Shown here: one piece after another, positions 22,900-33,266 of the stretch
Layout: every line of letters starts with the position of its first letter
Numbering within the stretch: position 1 is the first letter of the stretch
Source of the DNA: Candidatus Methanomethylophilaceae archaeon
Lineage (GTDB): Archaea; Thermoplasmatota; Thermoplasmata; Methanomassiliicoccales; Methanomethylophilaceae
Reading direction: 5' to 3'
Assembly: GCA_045596945.1 (NCBI GenBank)
Contig: JAZODL010000199.1
Coordinates: 1,143-65,142 of the forward strand
DNA length: 64,000 nucleotides
Program-made: the position numbers and the translations under genes
The notes under the pieces: model-generated
What the model was told of the DNA's origin: nothing
Databases searched by the model: none
What the model saw: the letters and a program-made list of their open reading frames with translations, nothing else

Positions 22900-24588
22900 A
22901 TGGGAATTTACGGAAAGATGGTCCTGTCGTACCCTGGCGGGTCCGACATGGATATGGGCATCGTGACCAAGATGGGGTGCACGTACAGCAAGTCGGTGTC
23001 CACCACGCCCCTGGTCTCCATGCCGATGGACGACACGTTCGCGGTGGAGACAGGGGCCACCGAGAGCTACACGTTCAGCTTCCAGAGGAAGCACCCAGGG
23101 GGCATCTCCGAGGACCGTTCGGACACGGAGACCATGTGCAACGCCGCATGGTACGACCTCATGACGGAGATCGTGGACAGGTGGCAGATGAAGACGGACG
23201 GGTTCAGGCTGAGGTTCACCCCCATTGGTAATGACAACGTGGAGACCGTGGACATCAACGGGTACGTCAGGAGCCTGACTCGTGACTACAGGGCAGGGGA
23301 CAACGAGGTCATCCACGGGAACCTGGTGTTCGAGAGGGGGACCATGTTCGTCAACGCGAGCAGACCCCTCTCCGATTCCATCCCCGCATCCGAGTTCCAG
23401 ATATCCATGTCGGATTCGGCCAATACGGCATGGTATTCCCTGATGGACTCCACCGGGACGGACTGCGTGTCCTCGTACACGATGTACGGCGGGATGGAGA
23501 CCCCGTTCGAGTACATCGTCATGCGCATCCCCCAGGCCAAGCTGAACAAGGTGGCGCCCGCACTCGTGGACGACATCCAGGCGGGTAAGAACAGGGTCCT
23601 GGTCAATGCGGTCGGCAGGTCGAACATGACGGTCACCTCCTGCGGGGCCTCCGGGGACGACCTGGAGGTCGTCGCATACTGCGATGCCGAGGTCCTCAGA
23701 GGGTACAACCTCAGGGAGAACCAGACCATGGATGCGTTCTCATGGATACGCTACATCCTCACCCAGGGAAGGTACGGGGTCGCGTTCAGGGAGAACGTGT
23801 CCTTCAAGTACCATGTGAACCCCAAGGAGGGTGCGGAGCACCAACTGTCCTTCAACGCGGGGACCAACGTGTGGTCGGTGCTCCAGATATGCGCCATCTA
23901 CCTAAGAGCCAAGCTGTTCTTCACAGGCAACATGGCCTATCTGACGGACTTCACCGCCGACACCCCCAGGTACGACACAGGGGATGCAATGGACAGACGC
24001 GCCCGTGTGGAGGTCCACCCGAAGGGAGACAGGGGGAACCCCATGTACGCCCGTGCCATCGGACAGGTCAAGCTAGGTCCCGAGGGGAAGTATCCCGTCA
24101 CCAACTCCCTGACCCTGAGCTGCTCCGAGCCGACGGAGGACGGGATGAAGACGCGTGACTTCATCTACACGGACGAGGACTCCATAGCCGAGTTCGAGTC
24201 GCTCACCCAGGCATCGTACTCCTTACCGCAGCTGGTGGTCGGAGAGGGTGTGGACCAGGGGAAGGAGTTCGCACAGGGCGTGTTCGCGTACCGCAGGGAG
24301 GTCCAGCAGTCCGTGACCGTCAAGCTGAAGGAGATGTACAGCACGGGGTCCGGCATAATATGGTCCCCGTTCTTCCACCCCTACACGGCACTGTCGGCGA
24401 TATCCAGCTCCACGGACGGGTTCGAGGTGAACAACATCTCTGACATCACAGGGGAGCCGTACTATCCGCTCCTCCTCCTCTCGGGGTTCGAGCGCAGCTA
24501 CCCCCAGGGGGCCACCGCCTACACATTCGGGGTCATCGGGAATGTGGACCTCTCCTCGAGCACCAGCAGGATTCTGTCCACGAAGTGA
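22900..24588 (+). CDS. distal tail/baseplate hub protein (Dit-Tal-like)
   Basis: Position in the tail module; N-terminus resembles the internal domain of the preceding gene. Confidence 0.5.
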   Translation: MGIYGKMVLSYPGGSDMDMGIVTKMGCTYSKSVSTTPLVSMPMDDTFAVETGATESYTFSFQRKHPGGISEDRSDTETMCNAAWYDLMTEIVDRWQMKTDGFRLRFTPIGNDNVETVDINGYVRSLTRDYRAGDNEVIHGNLVFERGTMFVNASRPLSDSIPASEFQISMSDSANTAWYSLMDSTGTDCVSSYTMYGGMETPFEYIVMRIPQAKLNKVAPALVDDIQAGKNRVLVNAVGRSNMTVTSCGASGDDLEVVAYCDAEVLRGYNLRENQTMDAFSWIRYILTQGRYGVAFRENVSFKYHVNPKEGAEHQLSFNAGTNVWSVLQICAIYLRAKLFFTGNMAYLTDFTADTPRYDTGDAMDRRARVEVHPKGDRGNPMYARAIGQVKLGPEGKYPVTNSLTLSCSEPTEDGMKTRDFIYTDEDSIAEFESLTQASYSLPQLVVGEGVDQGKEFAQGVFAYRREVQQSVTVKLKEMYSTGSGIIWSPFFHPYTALSAISSSTDGFEVNNISDITGEPYYPLLLLSGFERSYPQGATAYTFGVIGNVDLSSSTSRILSTK

Positions 24589-24592
24589 TCCG

Positions 24593-24961
24593 ATGGGGAG
24601 ACCGCTCAGGAACGATCTGACGGGCCAGCGGTTCGGGAGGCTCACGGTCACATGCCGTGCACCGAACCGCAACGGCAAGGTGATGTGGCACTGCGTGTGC
24701 GACTGCGGGGGCTCCACGACGGTGGAGTCCTCCAACCTCATCTTCACCCAGATGTCCTGCGGGTGCTACAGGAGAGAGAGGATATCGGAGATTCACTCCA
24801 TCAGACCCCCCCTGGGGGCCCGCTACGGCCACCTGGTGGTAGAGGGATGGGACGGACCTATGTCGAAGGTCGTGTGCGACTGCGGGACGCACAAGGCTGT
24901 CAGGAGCAAGCACCTCCGTGACGGGAGCACCCGCTCCTGCGGGTGCAGAGGAAATATTTAA
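24593..24961 (+). CDS. Cys-rich zinc-binding repeat protein (N-terminal part of phage HNH/AP2-type endonucleases)
   Basis: DLTGQRFGRLTV...CVCDCG...SCGC, present twice; no nuclease domain. Confidence 0.65.
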   Translation: MGRPLRNDLTGQRFGRLTVTCRAPNRNGKVMWHCVCDCGGSTTVESSNLIFTQMSCGCYRRERISEIHSIRPPLGARYGHLVVEGWDGPMSKVVCDCGTHKAVRSKHLRDGSTRSCGCRGNI

Positions 24962-24991
24962 AGGAAAACCATCGTTTTCCGATAACCCTCC
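24948..24991 (+). promoter_or_regulatory. BRE/TATA-like element, copy 1
   Basis: GAGGAAATATTTAAAGGAAAACCATCGTTTTCCGATAACCCTCC; similar inverted copy at 32208-32254. Confidence 0.55.
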
Positions 24992-25020
24992 GTACAGGTT
25001 CTTTCAATGGGGGTATCCCA

Positions 25021-25458
25021 TTGGGTTTCGACAACATCTCTCTCGCCATCAACGGACAGCAGAACAACGTGAACAGGGACCTGGAGGACTACAACCTCTT
25101 CGACAGGCTCCGCAAGGAGGGGAGGTCGCTCCAGGACATCGTCAGACAGGCTGAGGAGGCCGAGGCCCTCAGGAAGCAGATGGACGAGATGGGACGCACC
25201 AAGCCCCGCATGGACGCCGCAGTCTTCTCCCTGATGGAGGAGTACGTCAGGGACGATCCCGAGGTCGCCGTGGCGAGGAACAGGTTGCTGGATATGAGGA
25301 ACGCGATAATCAGCGAGCTCTGCATGAAGGACAACAGGTACCGTGGGGAGTTCGAATCGTACCGCAACACGGTGCAGGAGAGGTACGTCAAGGCGCGTGA
25401 GGGAATCGCACAGACGGGGTCCCTCGAGGCGCCCGACACCTCGGAACAGGACGAATGA
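25021..25458 (+). CDS. hypothetical coiled-coil protein
   Basis: Likely TTG start after GGGGT; helical. Confidence 0.5.
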   Translation: MGFDNISLAINGQQNNVNRDLEDYNLFDRLRKEGRSLQDIVRQAEEAEALRKQMDEMGRTKPRMDAAVFSLMEEYVRDDPEVAVARNRLLDMRNAIISELCMKDNRYRGEFESYRNTVQERYVKAREGIAQTGSLEAPDTSEQDE

Positions 25459-25626
25459 TTTGCACCGGCACGGACGACCGGAAAAATGGAGGCTGTAAGT
25501 GTGTACTACATGGCCGGTCGTCCGTATCCGGCTAGGTGAATGCCCCGAAGCAGATGTTCTTCCCAAGAGGCGTTCATAGAATCGTCATACGAGTATTTCA
25601 AATAATCTGTAACCCATCCTCATGCC

Positions 25627-26610
25627 ATGACCGACAAGCACGAGGATGATTACGAATATCATCACGATGACGTCGATGAGGATGATGATAGGGCACGTGA
25701 GCTCATCGCCCAGGAGGAGCGTGCTGCCAACGAGTACGAGGCCATGGCGGACGATTCCGATGACAGGGATGCCGAGGCCGTCTTCAGGGACATAGCACGT
25801 GAGGAGAAGGTGCATGCGGGGGAGCTGTTCCTCATCCTCCTCCAGAAGGACCCCGAGGAGATGCACGCGCATGCCGAGGGCATGAAGGAGGCAGCCGAGA
25901 TCACAGGGATGGACGAGGATGTCGGGAAGGACATCATGGACATGTCCCTCCGCGAGCTCTTCAGCATGAAGAGGGGCGAGGTCCTGGACAAGGCCAATGG
26001 TGTGTCCTCCTTCGAGAAGGATGGTCTGAACAACCATCTGACCTCCGAGGAGTCGAAGGCCCTGGAGGACACGCCCGTGGCCGTCGCCAAGGGGCGCAGA
26101 CGTGTCCTCATGCAGGATCACAAGATACAGGCCGACAGGAACAGGTTCCATCACGACGACCCCTCCAGGAAGGACCCTGTGGACCCGGGGGAGCAACAGT
26201 GGGAGGAATCCAAGGCGGAATCCAGGATGATCTCCACGGGACGTGCGGGTCAGACCGATTCGGATGCCGAAGTACGTTCGAGGAAGAGGCTCGGGAACCA
26301 CTTCCAGGTCAAGAACAACAACATGTCATCCACGCCCCGCAACGACGCCCTTGCCAGAGCCGCCCAGAGGGAATCGGAGCAGAATGCTCTGGAGGGGGAC
26401 GCATCATATCAGTTCGACAGATTGAGGAATGAACATGAACAGTCCGCCGACTCGGTCGTCGGCAAGACCAGGCGTGCGATGCTGGCCGCCAACCAGCAGG
26501 CCGCATCCATGGGACTCTCCACTCCGACCTCCCCCGCACAACCCGTGACCCGTGGCAACGCTAGGTACATGCTCGAAGAGAGGGGGATCGATCCCGATGC
26601 AGTCCTTTGA
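25627..26610 (+). CDS. ferritin-like/rubrerythrin domain protein with long C-terminal extension
   Basis: ARELIAQEERAANEYE...VFRDIAREEKVHAGEL di-iron ExxH motif. Confidence 0.65.
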   Translation: MTDKHEDDYEYHHDDVDEDDDRARELIAQEERAANEYEAMADDSDDRDAEAVFRDIAREEKVHAGELFLILLQKDPEEMHAHAEGMKEAAEITGMDEDVGKDIMDMSLRELFSMKRGEVLDKANGVSSFEKDGLNNHLTSEESKALEDTPVAVAKGRRRVLMQDHKIQADRNRFHHDDPSRKDPVDPGEQQWEESKAESRMISTGRAGQTDSDAEVRSRKRLGNHFQVKNNNMSSTPRNDALARAAQRESEQNALEGDASYQFDRLRNEHEQSADSVVGKTRRAMLAANQQAASMGLSTPTSPAQPVTRGNARYMLEERGIDPDAVL

Positions 26611-29600
26611 GGAGATGATGGCGGAGATCCTGGAGGCCCGTTCGGAGCCCCACAGGATCTTCAAAAAGGAGAAGGTCAAATGGGATCGCGACCTGACGTT
26701 CTACGACTACAACCGTTCGAAGGACCAGGGTTGGCTGGGAGGTAGGACCCACATCTGGCAGTCCAGGTCCAACAGCGTGCCACGTTCCAGGAGTCCCGAG
26801 GTGGCGGGGGTGAACATCGACAACATGCCGGGCTACCGCAGGAAGTATCCCTACGCATGGGTCACCCCCGACGGCAGGCTGACCAACGACAGGTCGGAGG
26901 CCGCCCTGGATGAGAAGGGGAGGCCCGTCCGCAACAGGAACAACACCATCGCCACCGCCGCCGACAAGCGTGCCCACGCGGCCCGCACGGGGGCGGACAG
27001 GGAGGATCCCGTGTTCAAGGACAGGGTGAACGCCGTGCACCTCAGGACGATGGATCATATCAGGCGTCTCGTGGAGGCCTCCGAAGTCATCAACGAGAGA
27101 ATCAGGCAGATCCGCGAGTACAACGCGGCCAACCCGGACAAGCCCCGCAAGGCCCCCAACCTGCCGACGTTTACGGTGTCGGATTCCAACAGCAACAGCA
27201 AGGTGTACCAGAACCTGTTCGACAGGTACTTCAGAGAGGAGTTCGGCATCCCGCCCGAGGAGGCATCCTACACCGTGGCCCCCAGGGACGACCTGGATGA
27301 CTACCTCGCAGGTGTGAAGAGGGAGTGGCAGTACAGACACGAGGCCGCGGAGGACAGGCGCAGGAAGAATTCGGAGGACTGGGCGAAGGTGCAGGAATGG
27401 CAGAAGGAGCAGGACAGGATGGACGCGATGTCCAGACTGGGGGACTTCAACACCGCCTACGATGCCTTCATGAACCCGTTCTCGAGGGACACGGACAGTT
27501 CCCGGTCGCCCATCCCCCTCGCCACCAACTACATGGATCACGTCAACAGGCTCAGGGCCCAACTGGACAGCCTCCACGACGACATGACGAGGTCGGGGGA
27601 GCTGGAGGGGGTGCCTCCCGAGGATGTGGATGCCGTCGTAGTGAACCGCATGCTCCAGATCAACCCCGCCTTCGCCTACTCATGGAACCGTGCGGGGGAG
27701 ATGAGGGAGGCCCTGGAGGAGGAGTACGGCATATACACCGAACAGAACGGCGACATCCCCGAGGACACCTTCAGGACCCTCAGGGACCTGCAGTCCATGA
27801 AGGACAAGAAGTATTCCGCCATGATGGACAGGGACAGCGTCCTGAACATGATCCAAGAGATGAGGGATGGTACGAGACTGGCTTTGCCACACAGTGCCAG
27901 GTTCTGGCCCGAGGAGTATCAGGAGAAGGCCCGCGAGGCCCTGAAGACGGGGGAATACGTCCGGAACAAGACCGCGAGGGAGGGATACCTCCACAGGAGG
28001 ATCCAGGAGTACAACGCGACCCGCAACAACGACCCGTCATGGAGCATGCTGAAACCCCTGTTCAGGGACACGGGGGTCCCCGTGTTCATAAGGGCCTCTG
28101 CACTCGCAGATTACGAGATCCGCCATACGAGGGACGCATTGTCCGCACAGGGCTGGGTGAGACTCGCCGATCTGGTGGATCGGTTGAGGAGGGAGGGGAC
28201 CGTGAGCGGGGCCATCAATCTCACGAGCATCATCAAGGAGGAATCCAAGGGGCTGACAGGGAACGCTGGCAAGGCAGTGAAGGACATGCTGGAATCGGTC
28301 CGTAACGACCTCAGGGCACAAGCCATCCATTTCCATGACAGCCGCAGCAACACACCCGAGACCCGTTTCACATTCGGCAGAATCGCCACCGATCCGAGAT
28401 ATGCGCAGTACGTCGCCAAATTTAGGGATTACATACAAGAACTGAACCGCTCCGATGCCCAGTTCGACGCACGCAGGGAAAGGGAGGCGGAAGATGACAC
28501 GATACCGGAAAATCACAAGATGAGGGAATGGGAGCGTGACAACCCCCTCAATGAGCCAGGGGGCACCGAGAGGATGAGGTTCCTCAACTCAGTGGACCAT
28601 GTCGAACCCGGCGAGGGGAGCTGGAGGCAGGAGCTCACTCAGGATCCCTCCGGAGGCGCCACGCCCCAGAAGTACAGGCGGATGATGAGGGGCATAGGAA
28701 ATGACCGGTTCCTCAGAGACATGTCCGCTCTGGCCAGGATGCCACAGTCGGATGATGCCGAGAGGAACACCATCAAAGCCAACGCGCTCGCGTTCATGAA
28801 CCTCCTCGTCTCGAAAGGGGCGATTGAGTCTATCGACAACCCCGTGATTCCGATGGTCGCCAACAGGGTGAAGCGTCTGGACGGCACCTACGAGGACAAG
28901 GGGATGACGAGGGACCCCAAGGCGGTAGAGGCCAGGAAGAATCTGATCGAGGCCGCGGACGGAGTGGTTATGCGCGATCTCTCCACGGCCCGCGAGGGCC
29001 AGGTGGAGGCCCTGGATGAGGCGGGCCTGATGTGGGGCAAGTCGACCGAACCCCTCGTGTACGCCACCGCCGATGCGGAGGCCTCCCTGTGGCCCTCGGG
29101 CGACGAGGGGCCCGTGGCGGACTGGATGAGGGGCCAGTTGGACGCTTTCGGAGACGGCCCCGATACCGCATCCCAGAGGGACGATCTCGGGACCATGTAC
29201 AGGGAGAACGTGCAGGGCGGGCGCGTCCGCAGGGACAGGGCAGGAGGGTACGGGGACGCGTACCGCACCCTCACCACGGCCCTCGGGACGTACCATGACC
29301 CGAACGCGGATCCCTCTGCCAGGGCCAGGGCGGAACGCATCGCGTCCATGCTGCTGTCCGACCCCGACTTCGCGGGAGCGGACGTATCCCAACCCATGGC
29401 GGGCGACAGGAGGGCGTACGTCAACGACAGGGTGCGCATACCCGATATGGAGACCTTCAGGAACCCGAGGACCCACGAGATGTACCGGGCGTACAGCGAG
29501 GAGGTGAAAGCCAACCCCGTCAACACCACGGATCCCGTCACCACGGCGTACGAGGCCCGCCAGAGGAAACAGGAGCGCGGAGCCGGGCGCAACATCATCT

Positions 29601-30097
29601 CCAACACCATGAACCGTGCCAGCAAGGAGCGGGAAGGAGAGGTGGGGGCCCACCAGAAGGCCAGGGAGGTGGTCGTGGACGAGGCCATCGACGCGGACGT
29701 GGATGCCGGCACCCGTGTCAGGGATGACATCTTCCGCGACGAGGAGGCCGAAGATAAGAATAACCTGGAAATCCATCAGTTACCCGGAGTGAGCATAGTG
29801 AGCAACGACAACAGTCCCGAGACCCCGCCTGAGACCAAACCGGAGAAGACCGAATACACCCCGAAATCGGCCTCCGGAGGGCTTCCCATGATGTCCCTGA
29901 GGGACATGATGATAGCCGTCCAGAAGAGCGACGGGAAGAGGGGACATCCCTACGGGAAACCCCTCGACGGGAACGTCTTCGCATACGGTGCGAGCCAGGC
30001 GAGCATCGGTGAGGGCAAGGACCCCGTGATGCCGAAGACCCTTCCCGAGGCAAAGGGGGAGGTCGAGGGGGCCTCCAAGAGGAAACTCGACCTCTGA
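26597..30097 (+). CDS. large hypothetical protein (putative internal head protein)
   Basis: About 1166 aa from MQSFEEMM; shares an MSLR.MM...KS peptide with the scaffold. Confidence 0.55.
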   Translation: MQSFEEMMAEILEARSEPHRIFKKEKVKWDRDLTFYDYNRSKDQGWLGGRTHIWQSRSNSVPRSRSPEVAGVNIDNMPGYRRKYPYAWVTPDGRLTNDRSEAALDEKGRPVRNRNNTIATAADKRAHAARTGADREDPVFKDRVNAVHLRTMDHIRRLVEASEVINERIRQIREYNAANPDKPRKAPNLPTFTVSDSNSNSKVYQNLFDRYFREEFGIPPEEASYTVAPRDDLDDYLAGVKREWQYRHEAAEDRRRKNSEDWAKVQEWQKEQDRMDAMSRLGDFNTAYDAFMNPFSRDTDSSRSPIPLATNYMDHVNRLRAQLDSLHDDMTRSGELEGVPPEDVDAVVVNRMLQINPAFAYSWNRAGEMREALEEEYGIYTEQNGDIPEDTFRTLRDLQSMKDKKYSAMMDRDSVLNMIQEMRDGTRLALPHSARFWPEEYQEKAREALKTGEYVRNKTAREGYLHRRIQEYNATRNNDPSWSMLKPLFRDTGVPVFIRASALADYEIRHTRDALSAQGWVRLADLVDRLRREGTVSGAINLTSIIKEESKGLTGNAGKAVKDMLESVRNDLRAQAIHFHDSRSNTPETRFTFGRIATDPRYAQYVAKFRDYIQELNRSDAQFDARREREAEDDTIPENHKMREWERDNPLNEPGGTERMRFLNSVDHVEPGEGSWRQELTQDPSGGATPQKYRRMMRGIGNDRFLRDMSALARMPQSDDAERNTIKANALAFMNLLVSKGAIESIDNPVIPMVANRVKRLDGTYEDKGMTRDPKAVEARKNLIEAADGVVMRDLSTAREGQVEALDEAGLMWGKSTEPLVYATADAEASLWPSGDEGPVADWMRGQLDAFGDGPDTASQRDDLGTMYRENVQGGRVRRDRAGGYGDAYRTLTTALGTYHDPNADPSARARAERIASMLLSDPDFAGADVSQPMAGDRRAYVNDRVRIPDMETFRNPRTHEMYRAYSEEVKANPVNTTDPVTTAYEARQRKQERGAGRNIISNTMNRASKEREGEVGAHQKAREVVVDEAIDADVDAGTRVRDDIFRDEEAEDKNNLEIHQLPGVSIVSNDNSPETPPETKPEKTEYTPKSASGGLPMMSLRDMMIAVQKSDGKRGHPYGKPLDGNVFAYGASQASIGEGKDPVMPKTLPEAKGEVEGASKRKLDL

Positions 30098-30168
30098 CCG
30101 GGTGGTTTCCACCCGGATAAACCGTTTACCCTGTTTTTTATTATACTTATAACACACTAATAACACAC

Positions 30169-31104
30169 ATGAATGCGATAACGGCATCCAAAACGACCGC
30201 TGTGGCCCTCGGAACGTACAACGAACGCAACCTCAGGCGCGACATCTCGCTCTTCATCGCCCATCTGGCCCAGAAGGGACGCAGGGAGACCACCCAGAGG
30301 ACATACAGGGAGGCCCTGAAGAGCGTCTTCAGGACCATCATCGACAGCCAGGGACGTGTGATCGACCCCAGGATGCTCGTCCCCGAGGATTTCGAGCTCC
30401 TGAGGCAGCAGATGACGGTCTGCGACAACTCCAAGAAGCTCTACCTGGTGGTCCTGGGCCGTTTCGTGGAGTTCCTGACGGGCGAGAACCCCCGTCCGAA
30501 GGCCGATATCCTCTGGAACGACGACGACAGGCGCAGGTTGTTCATCTCTCCCGAGGAGTTCAAGGTCATGATGATGGATTCCAGCCCCGAGGAACGTCTG
30601 GTGCTCGCATTGGGAGCCTACATGGGCCTCAGGAGGTCCGAGATCGCGAGGATAAGGCTCTGTGACATCGAGAACGGCCATCTCACGGTCCACGGCAAGG
30701 GTCACGGGCCTCTCGGGAAGCGTGCCAGGCTGTTCATACCCGTCCAGGTGCGCTCCGCAATGGAGGATTACGCCCGTGTGCGCTCCATGATTGTCTCCCT
30801 GTCGGGTTCGACCGACGACCACCTCCTCCTGAGGGACACCAGGACTGGCAGGGGCCGTGCTATGGACTCCGCGTGCATCGGAGCGGTCGTCTCGAGGGTG
30901 TCGAAGCGCAACGGGGTGAGGATGACGCCCCATTCCCTCCGCAGACTCTTCGCCACGAGCCTCTGGCAGGCCGGGACGGACCTGAACACCATCAGAATCA
31001 TGATGAGGCACAGCAACGTGAACACCACGTTGGGTTGCTACATCAACGTGTCGGATGTGAGCCTCGAGGATGCCAGGAGGAGGTTGGCCTCCATTCTGGA
31101 TTGA
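30169..31104 (+). CDS. tyrosine recombinase (XerC/D-like; candidate shufflon invertase and/or integrase)
   Basis: GLRRSEI (R), HGKG (K), PHSLRR (HxxR), RHSNVNTTLGCY (H...Y). Confidence 0.9.
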   Translation: MNAITASKTTAVALGTYNERNLRRDISLFIAHLAQKGRRETTQRTYREALKSVFRTIIDSQGRVIDPRMLVPEDFELLRQQMTVCDNSKKLYLVVLGRFVEFLTGENPRPKADILWNDDDRRRLFISPEEFKVMMMDSSPEERLVLALGAYMGLRRSEIARIRLCDIENGHLTVHGKGHGPLGKRARLFIPVQVRSAMEDYARVRSMIVSLSGSTDDHLLLRDTRTGRGRAMDSACIGAVVSRVSKRNGVRMTPHSLRRLFATSLWQAGTDLNTIRIMMRHSNVNTTLGCYINVSDVSLEDARRRLASILD

Positions 31105-31216
31105 GGGATTTCGGGGGCTTGCGCCCCCTGGGTTTCAGAACCAGTAGCCGTCGTCGAACAGGACGGTCTGTACTGTCGCGGGTGTCCCCGCATCGGTCGG
31201 TTCAGCGGACGCCTCC

Positions 31217-32167
31217 TTAGGGAAAGGTCGCCTGGGGCACGGTTCCGGAGAACACTCCGGTCGTGGCGTCGAGCGTGCCGTTGAAGGGCCTCGAGGCGTT
31301 GACAGCACTGACGGTCGCGAGTGCCCTTGCATCCGCCTTGGCGTCTGCGAGCTTGTCGCGGAGTTCGGTGATGGTCTTGGCATCCTCGCGGAGCTTGATG
31401 TCGGTGAACTCCTTGGCGAGGTAGGCGTTCTGCTCGCAGAACTGGTTCTGGATGAACGCGGTCTGCGCGGCGAACTGCGATGCCAGGTTGTAGTTGACGC
31501 CCTGGATGGCCTGCTGGGTCTCGCAGCAGCACTTGTCCTGCCTCCTCTCGATGCTGTTCTGCATCCTCTCGATGTTGAGGTTGGTTCCACAGAATCCCTC
31601 GGACATCTGCCTGGAGGTCTCGTACTTCATCTCGTCGATCTTGGAGCCGAGCCTGCAGCAGCAGTTGCAGATGGCCTGCTCGATCGAACCCTGGGAGAGC
31701 GCGATCTGCTTGTCCACCCCGCAGAGTGCGGACTTGATCTGTCCGATGTCGCAGTTCAGGGATGCCGCGAGGGTCTGCATGGACTGCTCGTTACCTCTGA
31801 CCGCTCCCATGAGCATCTCGTAGTTGCTGGTGTTGACGACGGTCCTGTCGACGCCGGCCACACCGCCGTCGAGACCCCTGTTGCCCCATCCGAGACCGTT
31901 TCCTCCTCCGAGGAGCAGGACGAGGAACAGGAACATGAGTCCGTCGTCGCTCCAGCCATCACGCCTGTTGTTGTTCATGAGTGCCATCACATCCGCCGCA
32001 TCGAGGCCCTGCCTGTTGAGCAGGCCCGCGAGCAGACCAGAGTCATAAGCTCCGTTCATAGATTCTTCAGCCTCCATTTTTATGAGCGCGTCCGTGTCAT
32101 GATCGATATCGCACAGTTTGTGCATCACTTCGCTGTGATGCTGGTTGAGAGACATCTCCTCTGCCAT
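31217..32167 (-). CDS. conserved phage hypothetical protein with CCC motifs
   Basis: MAEEMSL...hydrophobic segment, GGGNGLGWG, NCCC and KCCCETQQAIQGVNYN; GGAGGTG upstream. Confidence 0.65.
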   Translation of the reverse strand: MAEEMSLNQHHSEVMHKLCDIDHDTDALIKMEAEESMNGAYDSGLLAGLLNRQGLDAADVMALMNNNRRDGWSDDGLMFLFLVLLLGGGNGLGWGNRGLDGGVAGVDRTVVNTSNYEMLMGAVRGNEQSMQTLAASLNCDIGQIKSALCGVDKQIALSQGSIEQAICNCCCRLGSKIDEMKYETSRQMSEGFCGTNLNIERMQNSIERRQDKCCCETQQAIQGVNYNLASQFAAQTAFIQNQFCEQNAYLAKEFTDIKLREDAKTITELRDKLADAKADARALATVSAVNASRPFNGTLDATTGVFSGTVPQATFP

Positions 32168-32207
32168 GGTACACCTCCTGTCCTTTCGGACGATTAAAAC
32201 AACGCGT

Positions 32208-32254
32208 GGAGGGGTATTATCGGAAAATGATGAGTTTCCTTTATATATTTCCTC
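32208..32254 (-). promoter_or_regulatory. BRE/TATA-like element, copy 2
   Basis: Minus strand GAGGAAATATATAAAGGAAACTCATCATTTTCCGATAATACCCCTCC. Confidence 0.55.
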
Positions 32255-32263
32255 AACAGGAGG

Positions 32264-32769
32264 TAAAGGCAATTAACAGTGCAGGTGGTTTGAAATGGGA
32301 GACGCTATGGACAGGTTCATCAACATCAATCAGTTTGTCATCAAGCTTCCTTGCAGATTTGATGTCAAGAGATTTATGTAGAATCACCTTAGACGGATCG
32401 CACTCTAAGACCACAGGGTACGAATATTATGATTTTTACAATATTCAGGTATTATGTAGCTTTTCAGCAATAAAACCGACTACTGTAGAATATGAAGCAT
32501 CATCTTCAACATCTTCAACCACACGTGGAATCTCTATCTCATGGCAGATTGGATGTTATAATTATTTCTACAGACAAAACTCATATACCAACTCGTATAC
32601 TGGGGTGATTTATGGTTTTTGGGCAAAGGAATCTTCTACTTCGACTGGTGCGGTTGCTCCCATCGGTACATTACCCAATACTTTACAGTCGATTTCTGGA
32701 GAATCGTGGTCGCAATCAACGACCTCAGGTTTGAAAATTATAAAGATAGAGGGGCTTGTTAAAAATTAA
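32264..32769 (+). CDS. silent tail-fibre C-terminal cassette K1 (site class AAGGCA)
   Basis: Begins TAAAGGCAATTAAC (KAIN) with no proper start codon; AT-rich, S/T/Y-rich. Confidence 0.7.
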
Positions 32770-32790
32770 GGGGCCATATGGCCCCTTAAT
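32765..32790. repeat. 26-bp perfect palindrome joining convergent cassettes
   Basis: ATTAAGGGGCCATATGGCCCCTTAAT contains both TAA stop codons. Confidence 0.9.
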
Positions 32791-33204
32791 ATCCACTGTA
32801 TGAGATGCATATCCCGTTTTTGATTGTTATAGGGTAATAATCGGGATTCCCCATATGGGATAAATTAAAGGAGGATATACCCCCACTATCGCCCCAACTG
32901 TTTGTGAAATAAAATGTGAACATAGGGTATGTATTGGAATAGAGAGTTCTGATTCCTCCATAGAAAGGACCGATGCTAGATGAACCGTTTTCACTACGCC
33001 TCCCACTGCATACGAAATACGAGGATGTGAGTTTTTTAAGATGGAGTCCGTACCAATAATAATATGTTGACGATCCATGCTTCATAATAATCTCTTCTGC
33101 CAGGATTTCATCTCCAGTGGACATTTCATCAAACATTGTGACCATTTGGTCAAATGAAGAGATGGTGTGGATTTTTATTGAACTTCCATCATTAATTGCC
33201 TTTA
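32786..33204 (-). CDS. silent tail-fibre C-terminal cassette K2 (site class AAGGCA)
   Basis: Minus-strand TAAAGGCAATTAAT at 33191-33204 reads KAINDGSS in frame with ORF 32786..33145. Confidence 0.7.
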
Positions 33205-33266
33205 GCGGATTCCGTCCTTAATCTAGGTGTAATCCCCATTAAATCCGTGTACATGCATGTTGTACC

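Noticed and set aside
30098-31216. attP or tRNA fragment beside the recombinase
   Set aside because: No tRNA-like or duplicated core sequence recognised by eye; no host-virus junction in the window. Not excluded without a host genome.
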